Below the pieces are notes generated by a model that saw only the letters and a program-made list of their open reading frames with translations, had not been told where the DNA came from and ran no database searches. Of a stretch of DNA of 64,000 nt, positions 55,529 to 64,000 are shown in pieces; positions within the stretch are counted from its first letter, which is position 1, and each line of letters opens with the position of its first letter. The stretch is from positions 13,020,001-13,084,000 of the forward strand of contig NW_025964112.1 of the NCBI RefSeq assembly GCF_023055435.1. Reading direction: 5' to 3'. The translations under genes were made by a program, and so were the position numbers. Source of the stretch: Haliotis rufescens (Eukaryota).

Positions 55529-55742
55529 ACCCGTGAAGATCCGGGTTAGAATGAGTCTTCAACAACCCATGCTAATCATAAAAGGTAACAAACAGGATGC
55601 ATGTCATCGTATCCCAATTGCGTGGATTGAAGCTCATGATGTCAATCATGGGATTGCCTTTTCCAGACTCGATTATTTAAAGACCGCCGTCATATGGCTA
55701 AAATATTGCCGAGAGCGGCGTTAAACACCAAACAAATAAACC
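55529..55742 (+). mobile_element. Family C element (internal deletion)
   Basis: acccgtgaagatccgggttagaat...gcggcgttaaacaccaaac. Confidence 0.72.
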
Positions 55743-56474
55743 ATAAACTGACATAGGGTTCGCTGCAAGCACGGGTTATTCAGAGTTACGAGTTGTCGCA
55801 GGTGGAACCGATTAGTGCACGTGCAAGGCGTTATTTCCGTCATGAAATTAATGAAATCGTCCGTGCACGAGCTGGGACCTCAGGAACAACTGCTGTGGAT
55901 AAATAACCGAAGGTCATCCAAAATATGTATACGGGTCTGAACAAGGCCCCTTGATAAGCTCCCAAACCCAAACTGGATGAGTTTCGTGCTAAAACCAAGG
56001 TGAGAATTATTTTATCGAGATTTATGATGCAGTCTGTCTGTTGACGTGTGTTGATAGCAGGAAAATGTTAGATACCCTTATTGTAAATAACACCACCCAC
56101 GCGGTTAGAAGGTACAACTGTGTTGTACATTATGGACTAACATACTTGTATATTCTATGAAATATTTTATTATCCAATAGCCGGCTTTCCTATTATGTTT
56201 TTCATGGCTATAATGCCATACTCGAAAACAGGTCCAAATATCGCAGCTATATGACATGTTGAATCTGAAATGTCGCAACACTTTTGGGCATCACTGATTG
56301 GCTACTCACAAAATTAAAGCGGAGTTAGCCGATAACTGGGTCGCCCTCACATAATAAAATGTAAGAAAATCAAACAAAGTGAGATAAATAACAACATTTT
56401 AATTGCATCCGTTGTAGTAATACAATGTGGAACAATGTTGACACAAAGGTGTGCCGATATATTCGTGAAAAGGA

Positions 56475-56764
56475 GGGTCACGGGTGGCCCAGTCGTCTAA
56501 GGCGCCGCGATTAGCTGTGCAGAGTTGCGTCCCTTGGGCACGCCAGAAACCTATGATTGTTGGTTCGAATCCCGGTTCGCCCCGATTATGTTTCTAGGTT
56601 TGTCAGCACCATACCCGTGCTCGTGGGTTTCACCGAAGTGGTAAACGTCTGAGACCTGCATCACTTCGGGCTTTCCTCCCACATTAAGCTGACACGCCGT
56701 GATATAACTGGAATACTGTTAAAAGCGGCGTTAAACCCAACACACTCACTCACACTCACTCACT
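56475..56764 (+). mobile_element. SINE family B
   Basis: Full length, CpG-rich, close to the family consensus. Confidence 0.87.
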
Positions 56765-57149
56765 GATTAAAAAGGTTTAGCCCTTCTATGTCAGACAATT
56801 TGAAATAGTATTTATGAAGTAGATTCCGCGCCAGAAAGATTTTTTTGCGGATATGCCCATGTCACTTAGGGGCAAGCTCGTCATTGGCTACAATGGGTTT
56901 GGTTTCATAAAGTACACATATATTCCACAATCATGGGGTTGGAATATGTATATAGCTATACTTTGAGTATTGGATAAAACACACACTCACTGCCTCAGTG
57001 AGATTCATAATCTGTGACTTTTATAATACAAGAACATAAATATGTTTACACTGCTATTCAACTTACGTATAGTGGAGAAGCACAACGTCACCGTCAGGCA
57101 CTCCTATCTTTAGACAGCATCTGAGGTTCAAAACACAAGACTTGGCACC

Positions 57150-57500
57150 AGTCCAGATTTCATCTGGACCGCTCTGATGGTCGTGCAAAGGTTTACAGGC
57201 TTCCGAGAGAACGATTAGCGACGCTTGCGTTACTCAACGTCGTCAGTTTGGGGGTGGAAGTGTAATGGTATGGGGTGGCATCACAACTTATGGGAGAACA
57301 CAACTTATTATTGTTAATGGCAGTTTGAATGGTGTGCACTAATTTACCTGGACGACATCGTCCGAGATCGTGTTCCACCCTTGGTGTAAATGCAGGCACC
57401 TAACGTCACATTGCAGCAGGATAATGCCCGTCCACATGTTGCACATATTGTCACAGTTGACCTTTTGATGCAGCATAACATTCCTGTACTAACAAGGACG
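57150..57500 (+). pseudogene. Tc1-family DDE transposase relic
   Basis: Frameshifted translation SRFHLDRSDGRAKVYR...RQFGGGSVMVWGGIT...LQQDNARPHVA. Confidence 0.8.
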
Positions 57501-57597
57501 TAACTTGATTATGACTCATACCGAAACGGTATTCCAAATTTATAACGAATTTTACCCAACTATTCTAGACTGGTTTGAGTTGCTGTTGAATATGCAT

Positions 57598-57755
57598 GGG
57601 TAAAACGTCCGCCCATAACACTTGCCACGATTTTATGTTTTTAAACTCATAACCCAGGCTAAAAGTAATAAAAAAATAATTTATGTAGGTTAGGTTGACT
57701 TTTACCTAAATCAGGCATAATTTTAGGCAGGGGTTATGGGCGGAAATTTTACCCG
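57598..57755. mobile_element. Small inverted-repeat element
   Basis: gggtaaaacgtccgcccataacacttgcc ... ggcaggggttatgggcggaaattttaccc. Confidence 0.55.
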
Positions 57756-58546
57756 CCTTTCTACTCATTTAGGGAGTTTAATTTGCGTAGACACGCTCGC
57801 AGTTATAATACAATCCTTGACTATTTCCGAACTGAAGGATGAGGAAATATTGCACCATAAATAGTCAAAGTGTGCATGTTCGCGCGTTTCTTAAGTCTGT
57901 CCATTTGCCAAAGGTCAAACCCCTGTTTATTTCACTGACTTTGCTCAGTTTGCCTAATTGACTAAATGGTTGTATTTTTCTGGATATACCGCTTATGGCA
58001 TCAGGTAATGTCCACAGCAAAAGATTTCACTATAACACGATTCCTTCTATGTGAGGCCTATGATGTATCAGTCAAGCCTTGAGACATGACGTACCATCAA
58101 TGACATGAAGTACCATCAATGACATGACGTACCATCAATGGCATGAAGTATCATCAATGACATGACGTACCATCAATGACATGAAGTACCATCAATGACA
58201 TGACGTACCATCAATGACATGACGTACCATCAATGACATGAAGTACCATAAATGACATGACGTCCCATCAATGACATGACGTACCATCAATGACATGAAG
58301 TACCACCAATGACATGAAGTATCATCAATGACATGACGTACCATCTGTGACATGACGTACCATCAATGACAGGATGTACCATCTGTGACATGACGTACCA
58401 TCAATGACATGAAGTACCATCAATGACATGACGTACCATCTGTGACATGACGTACCATCTGTGACATGTTGTACCATCTGTGACAGGATGTACCATCTGT
58501 GCTATGATGTACCATCTGTGTCATGCTGTACCATCTGACATGATGT

Positions 58547-58713
58547 GGGGCGGTTGGGTAGCCTAGTGGTTAAAGCGTTTGCTCGTCACACGGAAGACCG
58601 GGGTTCGATTCCCGACATGGGTACCATGTGTGAAGCCCATTTCTGGTGTTCCCTGCCTTGATATTGCTGGAATATTACTAAAAGCGGCGTAAAACCATAC
58701 TCACTCACTCACT
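58547..58713 (+). mobile_element. SINE family A inserted in the satellite
   Basis: Full length; flanked by tctgacatgatgt on both sides. Confidence 0.88.
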
Positions 58714-60860
58714 CTGACATGATGTACCATCTGTGACATGATGTACCACTTTGTGACAGGATGTACGATCTGTGTCATGATGTACCATCTGTGTCATGAT
58801 CTACCATCTGTGACAGGATGTACCACTTCGTGACAGGATGTACCATCTGTGTCATGATCTACCATCTGACATGATGTACCATCTGTATCATGATGTACCA
58901 TCCGTGTCATGATGTACCATCTGTGTCATGATCTACCATCTGACATGATGTACCATCTGTATCATGATGTACCATCTGACATGATGTACCTCTTTGAGAC
59001 ACGATGTACCATCTGTGCTATGCTGTACCATCTGACATGATGTACCATCTGACATGATGTACCATCTGTGACATGATGTACAATCTTACACATGATGCAC
59101 CATCTGTGACACGCTGTACCATCTGTGACACGATGTACAATCTGGCATGATGTACCATCAGACATAATGTACCATCTGTGACATGATCCACCACTTTGTG
59201 AGATGATGCACCATCTGTGACATGATGTACCATCTGTGACAGGATGTACCATCTGTGACTTGATGTACCATCTGTGTCATGATTTACCATCTGTATCATC
59301 ATCTACCATCTGACAGGATGTACCATCTGTGTCATCATCTACCATCTGTGTCATGATTTACCATCTGACAGGATGTACCATCTGTGAAATGCTGTACCAT
59401 CTGACATGATGTACCATCTGTGTCATGATCTACCATCTGACATGATGTACCATCTGTATCATGATGTACCATCTGTATCATGGTGTACCATCTGTGACAG
59501 GATGTGCCACTTTGTGACATGTGATATGATGTACTATCTTGACATGATGTAACATCTGTGACATGATGTACTACTTTGAGACACGATGTACCATCTGTGA
59601 CAGGATGTACCATCTGTGACATGCTGTGCAATCTGTGACATGATGCACCATCTGGGACATGATGCACCATCTGTGACATGCTGTACCATCTGTGTCATGA
59701 TCTACCATCTGACATGATGTACCATCTGTGACAGGATGTACCACTTTGTGACAGGATGTACCATCTTTGACAGGATGTACCATCTGTGACATGCTGTACC
59801 ATCTGTGACAGGATGTACCATCTGTGTCATGATCTACCATCTGACATGATGTACCATCTGTATCATGATGTACCAACTGTGACAGGATGTACAACTTTGT
59901 GACAGGATGTACCATCCGTGATATGATGTACCATCTGTGACATGATGTACCATATGTGACATGATGTACCATCTGTGACATGATGTACCATCTGTGTCAT
60001 GATCTACCATCTGACATGATGTACCATCTGTATCATGATGTACCATCTGTGACAGGACGTACCACTTTGTGACAGGATGTGCCATCTGTGACAGGATGTA
60101 CCATCTGTGACATGATGTACCATCTGTGACAGGATGTACCATCTGTGTCATGATCTACCATCTGACATGATGTACCATCTGTATCATGATGTACCATCTG
60201 TGACATGATGTACCATCTGTGACAGGATGTACCACTTTGTGACAGGATGTACCATCCGTGATATGATGTACCATCTGTGACATGATGTACCATATGTGAC
60301 ATGATGTACCATCTGACATGATGTACCATCTGTGTCATGATCTACCATCTGACATGATGTACCATCTGTATCATGATGTACCATCTGTGACAGGATGTAC
60401 CACTTTGTGACAGGATGTACCATCTGTGATATGATGTACCATCTGTGACATGATGTACCATCTGTGACATGATCTACCATCTGACATGATGAACCATCTG
60501 TGTCATGATCTACCATCTGACATGATGTACCATCTGTATCATGATGTACCATATGTGACAGGATGTACCATTTTGTGACAGGATGTACCATCTGTGCCAT
60601 GCTGTACCATCTGACATGATGTACCATCTGTGACAGGATGTACCACTTTGTGACAGGATGTACCATTTGTGCCATGTTGTACCATCTGTGACAGGATTAC
60701 CATCTGTCATGATCTACCATCTGACCTGATGTACCATCTGTATCATGATGTACCATCTGTGACAGGACGTACCACTTTGTGACAGGATGTACCATCTGTG
60801 ACATGGTGTACCATCTTGACATGCTTTGCCATCTGTGACATGGTGTACCATCTGTGACAT

Positions 60861-61029
60861 GAGTGAGTGAGTGAGTGAGTATTGTTTTACGCCGCTTTTT
60901 GCAATATTCCAGCAATATCACGGCGGGGGACACCAGAAATGGGCATACATTGTACCCATGTCGGAAATCGAACCCGGGTCTTCGGCGTGACGAGCGATCG
61001 CTTTAACCACTAGGCTACCCGACCGCCCC
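60861..61029 (-). mobile_element. SINE family A inserted in the satellite (reverse)
   Basis: Reverse complement of family A with (GAGT)n on the + strand; flanked by ctgtgacatga. Confidence 0.88.
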
Positions 61030-61566
61030 TGTGACATGATGTACCACTTTGTGATATGATGTACCATCTGTGACCTGATGTACCATCTGTGACAGGATGT
61101 ACCACTTTGTGACAGGATGTACCATCTGTGATATGATGTACCATCTGTGACATGATGTACCATCTGACATGATGAACCATCTGTGTCATGATCTACCATC
61201 TGACATGATGTACCATCTATATCATGATGTACCATCTGTGACATGGTGTACCATCTTGACAACCTGTACCATCTGTGACAGGATGTACCACTTTGTGACA
61301 GGATGTACCATCTGTGCCATGCTGTACCATCTGACATGCTGTACCATCTGTGACAGGATGTACCATCTGTGTCATGATCTACCATCTGACATGCTGTACC
61401 ATCTGTGACATGCTGTACCATCTGTGACAGGATGTACCATCTGACAGGATGTACCATCTGCGACATGATGTACCATCTGACATGATGTACCATCTGTGAC
61501 AGGATGTACCACTTTGTGACAGGATGTACCATCTGTGACATGATATATGATCTGTGACATGATGTC

Positions 61567-61812
61567 TTGTTAGTTGTTAAACGCCGCACTCAGCAATTTT
61601 CCAGCTATATGACAGCGGTCTGTAAATAATAGAGTCAATCCATGAGTCAATCAGGATTAATATCATGAGCATCGATCCACGCAATTGGGATACAATGACA
61701 TGAATCAACCAAGTCAGCAAGCCTGACCACCTGATCCCTTAATCGCCTCTTACAACAAGCACAGTTGCCTTTAACGACAAGCATGGGTTGCTGAAGACCT
61801 ATTCTACCACAG
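61567..61812 (-). mobile_element. Family C element at the end of the satellite
   Basis: Reverse copy abutting the array. Confidence 0.75.
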
Positions 61813-61829
61813 AATACCACTACTAGAAC

Positions 61830-64000
61830 ACAGAAACTATTCATATCAACTTTTTATTGCGTACAATAGCACCACAATTTCTTAAGTACCCATCATGTCT
61901 TCTTCCCCCCCCACCCCCAATATTTCAGTTCTTATGACAAAGCAGTAATGTCAACTTCACCAAATCCTCTACAAATTGTGAAAATTAAAGCTTAGTCTGG
62001 AAAACATTTAGCCTCGGATGCTAAAAATTGACAGCCAAACAAACAAAATGCCTTTCTTTCTGGTATACACTGGTATGTGTCAGATTTGTTGTCTTCAAGT
62101 TTTGTAACTTTAATGATATCAAAACATTTTCCATTGCAACACACTTTCAATAAAACAAAATAATTTCTGATATTTGGAATATGACAACAACCAAGACAAA
62201 GTAAAAATGGCAGTGATTGGCAGAAACAATATTTTGTGGGTTTGGGTCTCATAAAGCTGCATATATAAATGACTAAATACTAAAAACCAATACATGTTGT
62301 TTCTCATTATCACATATCACATTCAGATAAAATATGTATATTTGAATTGTAATGGCACTATAAAAAATTCTTCATTTGGACCATGGCATCTCAAAGAAGG
62401 AGACCGTTACTATATTTCTAGGTATGTAATGGCACTATGAAAAATTCTTCATTTGGACCATGGCATCTCAAAGAAGGAGACTGTTACCATATTTCTAGGT
62501 ATGTAATGGCACTATAAAAAATTCTTCATTTGGACCATGGCGTCTCAAAGAAGGAGACTGTTACCATATTTCTAGGTATGTAATGGCACTATAAAAAAAT
62601 TCTTCATTTGGACCATACGGCATCTCAAAGAAGGAGACTGTTACCATATTTCTAGGTATGTAATGGCAATATGAAAAGTTCTTCATTTGGACCATGGCAT
62701 CTCAAAGAAGGAGACTGTTACCATATTTCTAGGTATGAAATGGCACTATAAAAAATTCTTCCTTTGGACCATGGCATCTCTAAGAAGGAGACTTTTACCA
62801 TATTTCTAGGTATGGCAGCAGAACCATTCCTCAAAATAATCTATAATGTTATCAAAATCTTCATTTGCAAAGATTCTTATTGCAAGATTTCCTTAATTTC
62901 ATATAAAAATATGTACCTTTATTTGTTTTGATCTAAAACGAAAGTCACCATTACCACAAACATTCAAGGTTTTTCAGAGTCATTAAAATAATGCGTAAAT
63001 TAAAAACAAGATTTAAAACCTAAATCAAATGGGCTTGTTTATGTAGACAACCAAAATCAAAGGGCTTGTTTATTTAGACATTAAATTCTTATCTTCTTAA
63101 CTACATCAGCACTTAAATTGCCATTTGCAGACAAAGATTGTATATAAGTGTTCATTTTAAAATCATTTAACAAAACAACCAACAAATATCACATCATCAT
63201 TTAGCAACAAAACATAACCATGGCAACCAATGAAAGACCTAGTCTAAACGTCTTTATATGTACAAAATATACACTACTCAACAAGTTTCTACTAAAAAAC
63301 AATGATAAACAGTGTACAAGATATTTGTGAATATCTGCTTTGAAAACAAATTAAATTTGGTGCAGAAAAACAATTTTAAAAAACACAAATTAAATTTCAT
63401 AGATTCAGAAAGTTTCTTGCAAAAGAAAATTAAGGCATAGTGTGTGTGTAACTCGTTTCCTTTTTTTTTAAACAAAGTGACAGTATGAGATTCAAGAATA
63501 TTCCACTGAGCATGCTGAGGTGATGCTGACAAAAATGATGTTCATTAAAAATTCTAATAAAAGTACAAGTGATTGTATCAAGAAGAAAGATTATCTATGT
63601 ACATGAATAAAAGGTAGGTAAAAGATAACTTCATGTAGGCAGTTGTATCCAAATGGTTCTTCAAAGTAGTTTAAAATGGTTCAAAATACATTTGTATCAA
63701 AAGCCTATCTACCGTACATTAGAAACAGGGTTGTATCAAAAAGCCCACAAACGTGCTTAGTGGTGATGAGTTAAAGGTGTTTTTTTTTGTGCATACACAG
63801 AGCACTATGGTATTCTTTTCTTCTGAAATAAGATTTTCCAAGACTTGCTGTCATAAATCACATTACACTACCAAATTGACAGATAACCTTCAAATTCAAT
63901 CATCTAGCAACACCATTTTTGCATAAAGACTAAAAGCCTTAGTCGACTGTCAGTGTTCTAAATCCATTTACAACAAGCAATAACTAACCAACTTATTGTC
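61830..64000 (-). other. Possible 3' UTR of a convergent minus-strand gene lying beyond the window
   Basis: TTTATT at 61853-61858 (AATAAA on -) with a GT-rich element downstream on -; AT-rich, with no credible exons. Confidence 0.3.
62348..62815. repeat. 77-bp tandem repeat, about 6 copies
   Basis: gtaatggcactataaaaaattcttcatttggaccatggcatctcaaagaaggagactgttaccatatttctaggtat. Confidence 0.9.

Larger units (their letters stand above)
58083..61565. repeat. Satellite/minisatellite array of about 3.5 kb, 17-19-bp unit
   Basis: (tg)tgacatgatgtaccatc variants, interrupted by two SINE insertions. Confidence 0.95.

Noticed and set aside
58962-61589. Many minus-strand ORFs (DGTSCHRWY repeats)
   Set aside because: Translations of a 17-19-bp satellite with constant frame switching.
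62348-62815. CRISPR-like array (also considered for 11110-11403 and 24077-24572)
   Set aside because: Contiguous tandem units with no unique spacers, no cas genes and a eukaryotic context.

Overview
Eukaryotic (animal) genomic DNA, probably a mollusc; the SINE families look like gastropod/abalone-type elements, but this is recollection and was not checked. Positions 500-49338 hold the 3' part of one giant + strand gene whose 5' end lies upstream of the window. I reconstructed 53 coding exons by hand, all bounded by AG/GT and with consistent phases (13,679 nt, about 4,560 codons). The product is a single-pass type I membrane protein. The ectodomain has about 1,900 aa of CPxGxYC cysteine-rich (GCC2/GCC3, ephrin-receptor-like) repeats, an RRRLL motif and a juxtamembrane beta domain. 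After one TM helix comes a cytoplasmic tail of about 2,360 aa with about 17 [DNH]PxTG beta-hairpin repeats, long EVC2-like coiled coils, a degenerate zincin-like HSLAH module and a KKKK end. Introns and the downstream intergenic region contain three SINE-like families sharing a 3' tail, several MITE/Helentron-type elements, a Tc1 transposase relic and many minisatellites. Main leads: (i) the uncharacterised receptor architecture; (ii) splice donors amplified as tandem arrays, one of them in frame; (iii) (ACTC)n-tailed SINEs found only in sense orientation in introns and often adjoining 3' splice sites; (iv) a SINE-like family with no tRNA head and a fixed, structured 5' end.
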